Assembly: GCA_051531975.1 (NCBI GenBank)
Contig: JAOPTT010000012.1
Location: 1 to 64,000, forward strand
Length of the DNA stretch: 64,000 nucleotides
Source of the DNA: Spirochaetaceae bacterium
GTDB lineage: Bacteria; Spirochaetota; Spirochaetia; DSM-2461
Direction of reading: 5' to 3'
The position numbers were made by a program, and so were the translations under genes. Below, in pieces: positions 48,088-58,421 of this stretch. The notes under the pieces were generated by a model. The model searched no databases. It was not told the origin of the DNA and was given only the letters and a program-made list of their open reading frames with translations. Positions within the stretch are counted from its first letter, which is position 1. Each line of letters opens with the position of its first letter.

Positions 48088-49536
48088 GTGTCAAATATAA
48101 AAAAAATTAGTAATTTAACTGATAACTTAATATTAAAATATACATTGATCTCTTTACTGGCAACTGTTGCAATTGCATTTTTTTTAATAGATAGTCTACT
48201 AAAATCCTCCCAGGATTATTCAATTGAAATTCATTCAAAAATATATCTAGATTTTATTCAATCTATTCCAGAGAATTACCCTACTATTTTTGATGTCTTA
48301 GATACTACTACTCTAACAGAAGTTATTAGTGATATAAAAGATAATCACGGAACTGAAGATAATCATGGAACTGAAGATAATCATGGAACTGAAGATAATC
48401 ATGGAACTGAAGATAATCACGGAACTGAAGATGATCACGGAACTGAAGATGATCACGGAACTGTAGATGATCACGGGTCAGATGATCTTAGTCACTTTAT
48501 AACAGACCTTTTAATATTCCCAGCATTAACAGAAATTAACATCTACGGAAATGATAAATCTTTAATTTTTGAATATAGAAAAAATGATAATGATTTTATT
48601 ATGAACCATGATGATAATATATTAAATAAAACATTTGATGGAGAAACTTTTCATTTTATTCACCGTTTACCAGAAGTTACAATATTACATACTTTTCTAC
48701 CAATATTTAAAGATGGGACAGTTGTTGGAGCAGTAGAAATTGTTGACTCAGACGAATATTTTACAAAATATCTAATTGAAAGTAAAAAAAATATTCTATT
48801 AAAAGTTCTAATAAGCGGTTTTATTTTTTATATAATTTTATTTACGCTCTTTTTTGAATCTTATTTAAAGCAACATAGAGTATTTAAGAGACTGAATAAA
48901 AGCCAAGAACTTACAATACATGCCATGTCATTATTAGCCGAGTTACGTGATAATGATACAGGGGCACATATTTTAAGAACTCAGGAATATTGTAAGATAT
49001 TATCATTAGAACTTAAAAAAAATAAAAAATATAAGAGCTATCTGACAAATGAATATATTGAAGACCTTGAACGTTCTGCACCTCTACACGATATAGGTAA
49101 AGTTGGAGTCCCGGATAATATTCTATTAAAACCTGGAAAACTAACCTCAGAAGAGTTTGATCTTATAAAAAAACATCCAACTTATGGTGCAGAAGTATTA
49201 TCTAGAGTTGCAGAAAATTTAGACTTTAAGTCATATTTTGAAATAGGGATCCAAGTAATTTTATACCATCATGAAAATTGGGATGGAACAGGGTATCCAA
49301 GTGGACTTGCAGGCGATAATATTCCTCTTTCTGCAAGGATTATGTCCATAGCAGACGTTTACGATGCATTAAGAACTGTAAGGCCATATAAAGATGCGAT
49401 GACTCATAAGAAAGCAATGAATATAATTATTAATGATGCAGGTATAAAATTTGATCCAGAATTAGTTGATGCATTTAAAAATATTGAAAAAAACTTTGAA
49501 CAGATATCTAATGACAAAAAATTAGATATTATTTAG
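48088..49536 (+). CDS. Membrane HD-GYP cyclic-dinucleotide phosphodiesterase with His-rich extracytoplasmic repeat
   Basis: Two TMs; RDNDTGAH, LHDIGK, HHENWDGTGYP, ADVYDAL. Confidence 0.92.
   Translation: MSNIKKISNLTDNLILKYTLISLLATVAIAFFLIDSLLKSSQDYSIEIHSKIYLDFIQSIPENYPTIFDVLDTTTLTEVISDIKDNHGTEDNHGTEDNHGTEDNHGTEDNHGTEDDHGTEDDHGTVDDHGSDDLSHFITDLLIFPALTEINIYGNDKSLIFEYRKNDNDFIMNHDDNILNKTFDGETFHFIHRLPEVTILHTFLPIFKDGTVVGAVEIVDSDEYFTKYLIESKKNILLKVLISGFIFYIILFTLFFESYLKQHRVFKRLNKSQELTIHAMSLLAELRDNDTGAHILRTQEYCKILSLELKKNKKYKSYLTNEYIEDLERSAPLHDIGKVGVPDNILLKPGKLTSEEFDLIKKHPTYGAEVLSRVAENLDFKSYFEIGIQVILYHHENWDGTGYPSGLAGDNIPLSARIMSIADVYDALRTVRPYKDAMTHKKAMNIIINDAGIKFDPELVDAFKNIEKNFEQISNDKKLDII
48340..48483 (+). 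repeat. 18-bp coding tandem repeat x8 encoding (D[N/D]HG[T/S]x)
   Basis: GATAATCAYGGAACTGAA units: DNHGTE x5, DDHGTE, DDHGTV, DDHGSD. Confidence 0.97.
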
Positions 49537-49613
49537 GTGGTAATTAAAGTAAATGAATCAACTAGTTGGACATTTATATATATTCGATTATAATTACTAG
49601 TTAAGGATGACAA

Positions 49614-51542
49614 ATGCTTGTAACCAATAAAAAGATATTGCAAAACTGGATATTCATAGTAATTATTATGATCTTGGGATTCTCATTCATAGGATTATTT
49701 ATTCTATTAAGTGGTAATGCTTTAACAAAAAGTGCAACAGAATCTTTCTATAATTATAATATTGAAGAGAAAAAAGAACAGTCTCGTATAGAGGTTTCAA
49801 ACAGACTTGATGAAATTAATTTTGAAAGAAGCATCATATTAGAAGATGAAAAAGAAATTCTAAGTTCTAAGATAGAACATATTAGGCATCATCTATTGAT
49901 TTTGATTGAAGAAAAAAACTTGACCGGTTCTGAAGCAGTAACATGGGCTATCGGCGAATTTGAAAAAGAAATTTCTGAGGATAAAAACTATCTATATTTT
50001 ATTATGGAACCTGAAGGAACAATGTTACGATCAGGAACTGATAAAGATATTGTAGGAGTAAATTTACTTAATAGTATAGATAGTGCAGGTAACTATTTTG
50101 TAAAAGATATAGTTAAAGCAAAAGATAATGCAAATGGTGTATTCGTAGATTATTATTGGCCAAAGGTAAAGGGTGGAGAACCTATAAAAAAGACATCTTA
50201 TTGTCTATACATTCCTGAGTTTGATTTTATAATTGGTACTGGAATATATCTCGATGATGTAATGAGGCAATTAAAGAGTAAAATATATAATAGATTACAG
50301 ACATATTATGAAAATAAAAGTAATTATGTTTTTGTTACAGAATATGATTCAACTGCTAGAGTTTCATCAAATCCAGACCTTTTAGGTCAAAAAATGATAA
50401 ATATTACATCTTTTAATGGTACATCAATACATCAAAATTTTATGGACGTATTAAAAGATGCTGATGATGGTTATGCATCATATAAATTTGCTAAAAAAAA
50501 TAGTGTATTATTAACAGAAAAAATAACATATGTTCACAAATTAAATGATTGGAATGCGTATATTGGTACTGGATTTTATGTCGATGATCTTCAGGATGAA
50601 GTAAGAAACTATTCTGCCATATTTAAAAAACATTATTATTATGAAACATTGTATATAATTTTGGGGCTAATAATTTTATCTATTGTTGTTTTTGTAATCT
50701 TTAGAAGAGGTGCATATATGCAAAAGAAGATATTAAAACAACGAGATATTATATATAAAAAGTTATTTGAATTATCCAACGATGCTATTGTTGTTTTATC
50801 AGATAAAAATATTCTGTTATATGAAAACGATATAGCAAGTAAGTTATTTTATAATGATACTGCAAGACAAATTGATACAAAGTTAAAAAACTTTGCTGTT
50901 GTTGATAGTAATATCTACCTATATATAAATAAAAATGACCGAAAACATTATATTAGTATTAGAAAAGAACTTGTCTCATATAGTGGTTCAGGCAGTACAA
51001 TATTCTTTATAAACGACATAACTAAACAATATCTAGAGTCTAATGCATTAGAGAAAATGGCTTATTATGATGATTTAACAAGTCTACAAAATAGAAGAGC
51101 ACTTAAAGATTTTTATGAAGATATATATAACGAGATAGGGGAAGATAATACATATATTTTAGGTATGTTAGATCTTGATAAATTCAAAGATGTAAATGAT
51201 ACATATGGACATAATATTGGTGACATAGTATTAAAAAAATTAGCAGAAACGTTTAAGACTAGATTAAGGCAGAAAGATTCTCTGTTTCGTTACGGTGGCG
51301 AAGAGTTTATATTGCTTCTAAATAATATCTCTTTAAAAAATAGTAAAATGTTAGTAGAAAGGTTAAATAAAAGTTTTTGTGAATCAGTTCAAGCAGAATT
51401 AGATTTTAATTGTACTTTTAGCTGTGGTCTAATTATGGTTAATGAGAAAAATAAGAAAGAGGAATCTGGTGAGTTAATTGAATTAGCGGATGAACTTCTT
51501 TACAAAGCCAAGAAAAATGGAAGAAATAGAGTTGAGATTTAA
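49614..51542 (+). CDS. Diguanylate cyclase with two Cache-type sensor modules
   Basis: GVFVDYYWPK..KTSY..IGTGIY repeated; DDLTSLQNRR, RQKD (RxxD I-site), RYGGEEF. Confidence 0.92.
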   Translation: MLVTNKKILQNWIFIVIIMILGFSFIGLFILLSGNALTKSATESFYNYNIEEKKEQSRIEVSNRLDEINFERSIILEDEKEILSSKIEHIRHHLLILIEEKNLTGSEAVTWAIGEFEKEISEDKNYLYFIMEPEGTMLRSGTDKDIVGVNLLNSIDSAGNYFVKDIVKAKDNANGVFVDYYWPKVKGGEPIKKTSYCLYIPEFDFIIGTGIYLDDVMRQLKSKIYNRLQTYYENKSNYVFVTEYDSTARVSSNPDLLGQKMINITSFNGTSIHQNFMDVLKDADDGYASYKFAKKNSVLLTEKITYVHKLNDWNAYIGTGFYVDDLQDEVRNYSAIFKKHYYYETLYIILGLIILSIVVFVIFRRGAYMQKKILKQRDIIYKKLFELSNDAIVVLSDKNILLYENDIASKLFYNDTARQIDTKLKNFAVVDSNIYLYINKNDRKHYISIRKELVSYSGSGSTIFFINDITKQYLESNALEKMAYYDDLTSLQNRRALKDFYEDIYNEIGEDNTYILGMLDLDKFKDVNDTYGHNIGDIVLKKLAETFKTRLRQKDSLFRYGGEEFILLLNNISLKNSKMLVERLNKSFCESVQAELDFNCTFSCGLIMVNEKNKKEESGELIELADELLYKAKKNGRNRVEI

Positions 51543-51562
51543 ATTCCCTCCCTCCCTATTTC

Positions 51563-52771
51563 TTAATCTTTAAAATATTTAACTCTAAGAATATATAGCA
51601 TTATAGACGTAATAAAAGTAAAAATTGCAAGAACTTGCCATGTAAAATTAACACCAAAATTTGTAATAAGTCTCTCTGATAACATTATTCCTAAAGTTCC
51701 AAGTGTAGCAAAGAATATACTAAAGATACTTGTTACCCTACCTCTAAAGTTCTCTGGACAGTGATTTACTACAAAAACAGAGGCATTAGTGAATATAAAC
51801 ACTTCTCCTATACTCCAAATAATTGTTGCAATTATAAAAGATGAATATGAAACTGTAACTGAATAGAGACCAAAACCAATTGTAAAAAGTACTCCACCAA
51901 AGATAATCTGATTTAAAGGTTTTATATTTTTTGTTAGTCTATCTTGAAACAGTGCTAATATTGTTGCTGTTACTGCATTTATACTTATTAGTAGACCAAA
52001 TAAAACTGGACCATCAGCTCCAAACCTTATATTAAGAGTTAGTGGCATTGCAAACTTAGTTTGTTCAAAAATTATCCAAAGACATGAGCAGAAGAACATA
52101 TATAAAACTAGAGGTTTTCTTTTAGATAGTACTGTTATTATATTACCTTCCTCAGCTTTTTCATTTTCACCAATACTCTTTTTTCTAATTCTGTTTAAGT
52201 TTGAACTTTTTATACCTATTGCTACCATAATTACAGAAATTAACATTGTTAATCCATCACCAATAAATAGAAATACTGTATTGTAGTTATAGATAAATCC
52301 GGCAACTGCTAAACCTATTGCAACACCTACATTTATGCCTATATACCTAACTATATATCCTAGTTTTCTCAGCTCTCCAGGAAGAAGATCTGAAATCATA
52401 GCCATTGTTGGTGTTCTGATCATAGAAACTGTAAAGGAAAATAAAATTAGCAGTGGAACAGATATAATTGGATTAGTTATGAATCCACATGTTAGGAGTA
52501 GTAGAGCAGATATTGTTTGAAATATTACAAATATTAATTTACTACTGTATTTATCATTTAATCTTCCACCTAAATAACTACCAGGTACTTTAATAAAGCC
52601 TGAAATTGCAACAATAATACCAGTAATAGGAAGAGAAATTCCTAACTTCTGAGAAAGATATAGTGTTAAAAATGGTACAACAAAATCTCCTATTCTATTA
52701 ATCATTGTTGCTAAACTGAGTATGTATATCTCTTTAGGTAACTTTTTATAATCTTCAATAAATTTTTTCAT
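51563..52771 (-). CDS. MFS transporter
   Basis: ~12 TM; FLTLYL, GGRLNDKY, PENFRGR. Confidence 0.9.
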   Translation of the reverse strand: MKKFIEDYKKLPKEIYILSLATMINRIGDFVVPFLTLYLSQKLGISLPITGIIVAISGFIKVPGSYLGGRLNDKYSSKLIFVIFQTISALLLLTCGFITNPIISVPLLILFSFTVSMIRTPTMAMISDLLPGELRKLGYIVRYIGINVGVAIGLAVAGFIYNYNTVFLFIGDGLTMLISVIMVAIGIKSSNLNRIRKKSIGENEKAEEGNIITVLSKRKPLVLYMFFCSCLWIIFEQTKFAMPLTLNIRFGADGPVLFGLLISINAVTATILALFQDRLTKNIKPLNQIIFGGVLFTIGFGLYSVTVSYSSFIIATIIWSIGEVFIFTNASVFVVNHCPENFRGRVTSIFSIFFATLGTLGIMLSERLITNFGVNFTWQVLAIFTFITSIMLYILRVKYFKD

Positions 52772-52839
52772 GAGAATATCCTATCACTTTTTTATCATTA
52801 AAAAATAGGTTAATATTGAATAAAATTAGGAGTTAAAAA

Positions 52840-53640
52840 ATGATAAACAACAAAATAATATATCAAGTTGATTCTTTTACCACTGAAGCTTTTAAAGGTA
52901 ATCCTGCTGGAGTAATGATCGTTGATAAAGATTTCACAGAAAAGTTAAAACAAAATATTGCAATGGAGATGAATCTTTCAGAAACAGCTTTTATAGTACC
53001 TAATGGAAATAGTTTTGATATAAGATTTTTTACTCCAATAGATGAGATCCCTCTGTGTGGACATGCGACCCTGGCAAGTGCATTTATATTATATGAGACT
53101 GGTGCTGTAAATAAATCTGATTCAATTATTTTTAATTCAAAAGTTGGTGAACTAATAATTGAAAATATCGATGGTTGGATTAGCATGAACTTACCAAGGT
53201 TTCCAGTTAAGAGAATTGATTTAATACCTAATCTTAAAGATATTATAGGTTTTGAACCCTCCCAGTTATATGAAAGTAGTTATCAGTGGAAAATTGCAGT
53301 TGCTAAATGTGAAGAAGATATAAAAAATATAAAACCAAATCTTGATAAATTACTAGAACTAAATCTAGGGCACCTTATGGTCACAGCAAAAAGCGAAGTA
53401 ACAGATTCTGATTTTGTTGTTAGATGTTTTGTTCCCTTAATGGGTATCCCTGAAGATCCTGTAACAGGTTCGGCTCACTGTGCATTAACACCATTATGGG
53501 CAGATAAATTAGATAAAACAGATCTGATGTCAGTACAACTTTCAGAACGTACAGGCAGATTAAAACTCCGGTTATTAGACGACAGAGTAGAGATAAAAGG
53601 GCAAGCTAAATTAATATTTAAAGCTGACTTATCTCTATAA
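52840..53640 (+). CDS. PhzF-family isomerase
   Basis: VDSFT..GNPAGV, NLSETAF, LCGHATLA, EDPVTGSAH. Confidence 0.95.
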   Translation: MINNKIIYQVDSFTTEAFKGNPAGVMIVDKDFTEKLKQNIAMEMNLSETAFIVPNGNSFDIRFFTPIDEIPLCGHATLASAFILYETGAVNKSDSIIFNSKVGELIIENIDGWISMNLPRFPVKRIDLIPNLKDIIGFEPSQLYESSYQWKIAVAKCEEDIKNIKPNLDKLLELNLGHLMVTAKSEVTDSDFVVRCFVPLMGIPEDPVTGSAHCALTPLWADKLDKTDLMSVQLSERTGRLKLRLLDDRVEIKGQAKLIFKADLSL

Positions 53641-54201
53641 TTTTAACCCTAACATTGTGGAATCATATAATTGTTTTAACATAACTTCTGATTTAATTAT
53701 TCGTTTACGAATTATAGATTCTGCAATACTTAATATAGGGGAGAAGTATAACGCTATAGCAACTTCAATATGCATTGGTTTAAACATATTATTTTTTATA
53801 CCTTTTTCAAAAAAAGATATAGCTATTTGACTTAATTCTAAGCAGTTTTCTCTGATTGTATCGGTTACTAGGTTTGAGTGTTCTACTTGATTTAAAACTC
53901 TAAGTTTTTTAGGATTATCGATAAAAAAATCTACATGAGATAACCAGATAGAATAACTTGTTTGGTTAAAATACATTTCATCAGATAAGTTAATTTTGAC
54001 AGAATCATTAAGTTCAGTTTTAATTTCCATATAGGAAGCAATTATCATTTCATCTTTGTTTCCAAAATGTCTATAGATCATGGCTTCACTTAACTTTGCT
54101 TGTTTTGCGATTTTTGCTGTAGTTACACTATTGAGGCCATTTGTATAAATAGCCTCTATAGTTGCACTTATTAACTTATCTTTTGAATTTGGATTTTTCA
54201 T
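53635..54201 (-). CDS. TetR/AcrR-family regulator
   Basis: TTAKIAKQAKLSEAMIYRHFGNK. Confidence 0.92.
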   Translation of the reverse strand: MKNPNSKDKLISATIEAIYTNGLNSVTTAKIAKQAKLSEAMIYRHFGNKDEMIIASYMEIKTELNDSVKINLSDEMYFNQTSYSIWLSHVDFFIDNPKKLRVLNQVEHSNLVTDTIRENCLELSQIAISFFEKGIKNNMFKPMHIEVAIALYFSPILSIAESIIRKRIIKSEVMLKQLYDSTMLGLKL

Positions 54202-55242
54202 CTAAATTAAATTATCCTTTCTTATCTGTTCTACATGATCAACAACACAATCATTAAGTGTATGATATTTAATGTCTAACTCATTAATACTACGTGTATT
54301 TTTAAAGTTTAATGAATATCCTATGTTATTTTTAACATATTTTCTTGTAAAACCTACTATTGGGGCTAATAGCCAGACAATAAACTTTGGCACACTATTT
54401 TTAGGTACATTATATGTACCAGGGTAAGCTGTATCTATAATTTTTCCTATAGTTAAAAGGTTTCCATTATCATTTGCAATTATATATCTACCAGATGCTT
54501 TTGTATTAAATGCCGCTAGTATATGACCGCTAGATATATCTCTAACATCGGAAAAAATAAAACCTAAATCAGGAGCACCACTTTTTAATTCACCTCTTAA
54601 TATCCTAAGTATAGTATTGATACTAGTTGAATCTACTCTTTTAGTTAAAGATGGTCCTAATACAAAACCTGGGTGAATTGTTACTAAGTCCCACTTATCT
54701 TGTTTTTTTGCTATTTCCCATGCAGCTTTTTCTGCCATAGTTTTAGAATAACTATATGCATTATGTGTTAATGAACTAGTTTTATTCCACACTGTTTCGT
54801 CTAGATATTCTAGGTTATTGTTTACCAAATCTTGGTTATCACCATAAATTGCTGCTAAGCTACTAGTTAAAACAACTCTCTTTACAGATCCTGACCTATT
54901 TACAGCTTCTAATAAATTCACTGTCCCATCAACAGCCGGATCTACTAATTTTTTTTGAGTATCACCTTTGTCATCTAAAAAGAATGGTGATGCTGTATGC
55001 ATTACATAATCAGCTCCATTAACAGCTTGATCAAATGATCCTTTTACTAATAGATCTGATTGAAAAACTTCTAACGTACCATTACTGTCTTGTTCAATAT
55101 CTAATAAGTGTTGATATTTTGCTGTATTAGACCTATCTCTAACAGTAATTCTAACTATATGTCCCTGTTCCAATAAGTCTTTAACTATCCAAGACGCTAT
55201 GTAGCCTGTACCACCTGTTACTGTAACTATATTTTTTCCCAT
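54202..55242 (-). CDS. NAD-dependent epimerase/aldehyde reductase (dihydroflavonol-reductase-like extended SDR)
   Basis: TGGTGYIA, HTASPF, TSSLAA, YSYSK. Confidence 0.9.
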   Translation of the reverse strand: MGKNIVTVTGGTGYIASWIVKDLLEQGHIVRITVRDRSNTAKYQHLLDIEQDSNGTLEVFQSDLLVKGSFDQAVNGADYVMHTASPFFLDDKGDTQKKLVDPAVDGTVNLLEAVNRSGSVKRVVLTSSLAAIYGDNQDLVNNNLEYLDETVWNKTSSLTHNAYSYSKTMAEKAAWEIAKKQDKWDLVTIHPGFVLGPSLTKRVDSTSINTILRILRGELKSGAPDLGFIFSDVRDISSGHILAAFNTKASGRYIIANDNGNLLTIGKIIDTAYPGTYNVPKNSVPKFIVWLLAPIVGFTRKYVKNNIGYSLNFKNTRSINELDIKYHTLNDCVVDHVEQIRKDNLI

Positions 55243-55260
55243 TTTTAATTCCTCTTGTAC

Positions 55261-55278
55261 TTAGTAAGTACTTACTAA
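55261..55278. promoter_or_regulatory. Perfect 18-bp palindrome, candidate TetR operator
   Basis: TTAGTAAGTACTTACTAA upstream of the reductase-TetR operon. Confidence 0.75.
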
Positions 55279-55333
55279 CTAAAATAATATTAAAATAAAT
55301 CAAAGTCAACAATAAAAAGATGTGTACATTTAA

Positions 55334-55366
55334 ATACAGCAAGATTAAACTCTATTCTTGCTGTAT
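55334..55366 (-). terminator. Hairpin downstream of pyrF
   Basis: ATACAGCAAGA / TCTTGCTGTAT 11-bp stem; short U tract. Confidence 0.55.
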
Positions 55367-55373
55367 CTATTGG

Positions 55374-56165
55374 TTATCTGTATAAGTTAATTTCGTCTCG
55401 AAGTGTTTTAGCAGCTAAACCTGGGTTTTCTGCATATATAATACCTCTTGATGAATTAATGATCATTCCATTTCCATCTGATGTTGTTCCAGCTTGGACA
55501 GCTTTTTTTACATCTCCACCCTGAGCTCCAATGCCTGGAGTTAAAAATGGTATATCTCCAATTATGGATCTTATTTCTTTAAGTTCACCAGGGTAGGTTG
55601 CCCCAACAACTAAAAGGATGTTTCTGTTTTTATTCCACTCGTTAGCTGCTTTCGCTGCTACATGCATATATAATGGTTTGCCATCAATCTGTAAATCTTG
55701 TAAGTCGATTGCTCCTGGATTTGATGTTCTACATAATATTATAGTACCTTTATCCTTTTGGTCTAAAAATGGTTGTAAAGTATCTCCACCCATATATGGG
55801 TTAACTGTAACTGAATCTGCTTTGTAACGTGTAAATGCTTCTTTAACATACATTTCTGCAGTAGAACCAATGTCTCCACGTTTTGCATCTAATATTACTG
55901 GTATTCCAGGGTAACTTTCGTGGATGTAGTTAATTGTAAGTTCCAAGTCTCTCTCTTTTCCAACACCATTGTAATATGCAATTTGAGGTTTGTAACAACA
56001 CACAAACTCAGCAGTAGAATCAATAATATCTTTGTTGAAATCAAATAGTGGAGTTTCTGAATCTCTGTATTTAGCTGGTATTTTATTAATGTCTCCATCT
56101 AATCCTACACATAGCAGAGTATTATTCTCTGTCCATCTCTTTTTTACTAAATCCATAAATGTCAT
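55374..56165 (-). CDS. pyrF: Orotidine-5'-phosphate decarboxylase (type 2)
   Basis: CVGLD, YKPQ, DAKRGDIGST, TVNPYMG, VVGAT, PGIGAQGG; ATG 56165 behind AAGGAG. Confidence 0.96.
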   Translation of the reverse strand: MTFMDLVKKRWTENNTLLCVGLDGDINKIPAKYRDSETPLFDFNKDIIDSTAEFVCCYKPQIAYYNGVGKERDLELTINYIHESYPGIPVILDAKRGDIGSTAEMYVKEAFTRYKADSVTVNPYMGGDTLQPFLDQKDKGTIILCRTSNPGAIDLQDLQIDGKPLYMHVAAKAANEWNKNRNILLVVGATYPGELKEIRSIIGDIPFLTPGIGAQGGDVKKAVQAGTTSDGNGMIINSSRGIIYAENPGLAAKTLRDEINLYR

Positions 56166-56261
56166 ATATGTTCTCCTTACACCTGTATCATATATATAGG
56201 AATAAAGAATTTCAATAAGTAATCTATTTCTATTGTAAATGTAGGGTGTCATGTTAAATAT

Positions 56262-58283
56262 TTAGGATAATTGTTTTTTGAAATTATTTGGTAGTTTTAT
56301 ATTATCCAATAGTTGGCCTAAGTCAGAAATCTTAAAAGGTTTTTGTATAAAACCAGCTAATCCTAGTCTCATAAGTTCATTTATATTTTCATCTTTATTA
56401 TAACCTGATGATATAATGGCAATACAGTTATCATTAATAGACTTCATATGTTTAAATGATTCACTTCCGTTCATATTGGGCATCATCATATCTAAAATTA
56501 CAATATCTATAGTTGAATAATTGCTTTTATAAATTTCTACAGCTTCTTTACCATCTTTTGCTAAAATTACATTATATCCTAAGATTGTTAATATATCTTC
56601 ACCTATTGTTCGATTAAAATCTTCGTCATCAACAAATAATATTGTCTCTGTTCCCTTAATAATTTCATCTTGAATAATTTTGGTCTTGGTTTGTTTTTTA
56701 ATTATAGGTAATAGTAAAGTAAAAGTTGTACCCACTGTTAATTCACTATTAACAATTATTGCACCTCGGTGATCTAGTATCGCCCTATATATTGCAGATA
56801 AACCTAAACCAGTTCCCTGTCCTAACTTCTTAGTTGTAAAAAATGGGTCATATATCTTTGTTAGATTCTCTTCAGAGATCCCACATCCATTGTCTTTAAT
56901 CTGTATTTTAATATAATCTCCAGATTTCAAATCAAACTGACTTGATTCACAATATTTTTTGTCTAATTGAATCTCATCAACTAATATAGATATTTCTCCA
57001 ATATTATCAATCGCTTGGCTTGCATTTAAACATAAGTTCATAATAGCATTTTGTATTGCAGATGTATCACCATAGAAATGTAAATCTTCAGAATAAAAAG
57101 ATGTTTTAATTGTAATTTTTTTATCTATAGTATTATCTAGAATTTCTGTTGTATCTAAAATCACTTTTTTTATATCTATAATAGAAAAAATAGAATCGCT
57201 TTTCCTTGAAAAAAGTAGTAGTTTTTTTATTAGGTTTGATGCTCTTACAGAAGCGTTTATGATTAAATCTAAATATTTAATATTTGTTTCACTCTGATCA
57301 TCAGAAGTCAGTATTAATTGTGTGGCACCCATTATTCCATTTAAAATATTATTAAAATCATGGGCCATACCACCAGCGATCTGTCCCACAGCTTCCATTT
57401 TTTGTGATTGGAATAGTTGCTTTTGTAATTGGGATAAATATTCTTCATTTTTTTTTCGAAGATCTATATCTTGAAAATATCCGGCAATATTTGTTAAAAT
57501 TTTATCTGTATAAATGGCCTCACCTTTTGCGTGGACCCATTTTGCTTCTTTTTTACTAGTAATAATTTGTGCCTCAAAATCAAAAGGATTTCCTGTTTCA
57601 ATTGTATTTGTTATTGAATCAGTAACAAGTTTAACAAAATCTGGGTGATAGTTATTTATTGCTTTTTCTAATGTTGGAATATAACTAAAGTCCAGATCAT
57701 GAATTCTATAAACTTCATCTGTCCATATTAGTTCTTCTGTTATTAGGTTTAGATCCCAACCACCAACTTTTGAAATTTTGTTAGTATCATTTAATAACTT
57801 TTTACTTTTTTTAAGTTCCAATTCAGTTTTTTTAAGAAGGCTAATTTCTTCGATACTAGACCAGATATATTTATTACCATCAAACTCAATAATTCTACCG
57901 TTTAATCTAACTTGTACTAACTCACCATTTTTTTTTATATACTCTTTTTCATAAGGGCCATAAAATCCATGTTTATTCAAAATAATGATAATTTCATCTT
58001 CTTGAGGTTTGTATTTTTTAGGAGTAATTTGCCAATAGGATAATGCATGTACTTCATCAATTGAATAACCAATAATATCAGCATACGCTTTATTTACATC
58101 TACTAAATTCCCTTCTAAATCAGTTAATGCTAAACCAATTGGTAATTGATCATATAATTCTTGATAAAAAAAATCATGGTTGAACTTAATAGTATTTCCT
58201 TCTTTATTATTATTATTATTTTTTCTTAATTGTTTCAATTCTGAGATTAGTTCTTCTTTTGTTTTATTGGCATCATCTTTCAA
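56262..58283 (-). CDS. Cytoplasmic PAS-PAS hybrid histidine kinase with receiver domain
   Basis: AHDFNN, NLCLNA, DNGCG, PFFTTK, GTGLGL, FVDDE, LDMMMP. Confidence 0.94.
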   Translation of the reverse strand: MKDDANKTKEELISELKQLRKNNNNNKEGNTIKFNHDFFYQELYDQLPIGLALTDLEGNLVDVNKAYADIIGYSIDEVHALSYWQITPKKYKPQEDEIIIILNKHGFYGPYEKEYIKKNGELVQVRLNGRIIEFDGNKYIWSSIEEISLLKKTELELKKSKKLLNDTNKISKVGGWDLNLITEELIWTDEVYRIHDLDFSYIPTLEKAINNYHPDFVKLVTDSITNTIETGNPFDFEAQIITSKKEAKWVHAKGEAIYTDKILTNIAGYFQDIDLRKKNEEYLSQLQKQLFQSQKMEAVGQIAGGMAHDFNNILNGIMGATQLILTSDDQSETNIKYLDLIINASVRASNLIKKLLLFSRKSDSIFSIIDIKKVILDTTEILDNTIDKKITIKTSFYSEDLHFYGDTSAIQNAIMNLCLNASQAIDNIGEISILVDEIQLDKKYCESSQFDLKSGDYIKIQIKDNGCGISEENLTKIYDPFFTTKKLGQGTGLGLSAIYRAILDHRGAIIVNSELTVGTTFTLLLPIIKKQTKTKIIQDEIIKGTETILFVDDEDFNRTIGEDILTILGYNVILAKDGKEAVEIYKSNYSTIDIVILDMMMPNMNGSESFKHMKSINDNCIAIISSGYNKDENINELMRLGLAGFIQKPFKISDLGQLLDNIKLPNNFKKQLS

Positions 58284-58369
58284 AACATATCCTAATTAGC
58301 AATATATTATAATTATAATTTAAAAATATGCATCTCACAACTTATATTTTCAAAATGAAACAAATCTAT

Positions 58370-58410
58370 TTGACCTATATGACTAATAATGCTATATTAG
58401 CCATATAGGT
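58370..58410 (+). promoter_or_regulatory. Promoter (TTGACC-17-TATATT) covered by a 16-bp-arm inverted repeat, candidate TetR operator
   Basis: ACCTATATGACTAATA-atgcta-TATTAGCCATATAGGT (one mismatch). Confidence 0.7.
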
Positions 58411-58421
58411 TTGGAGGTAGT

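Noticed and set aside
48340..48483. Possible CRISPR array
   Set aside because: 18-bp units abut with no spacers, are in-frame within a CDS, and there are no cas genes
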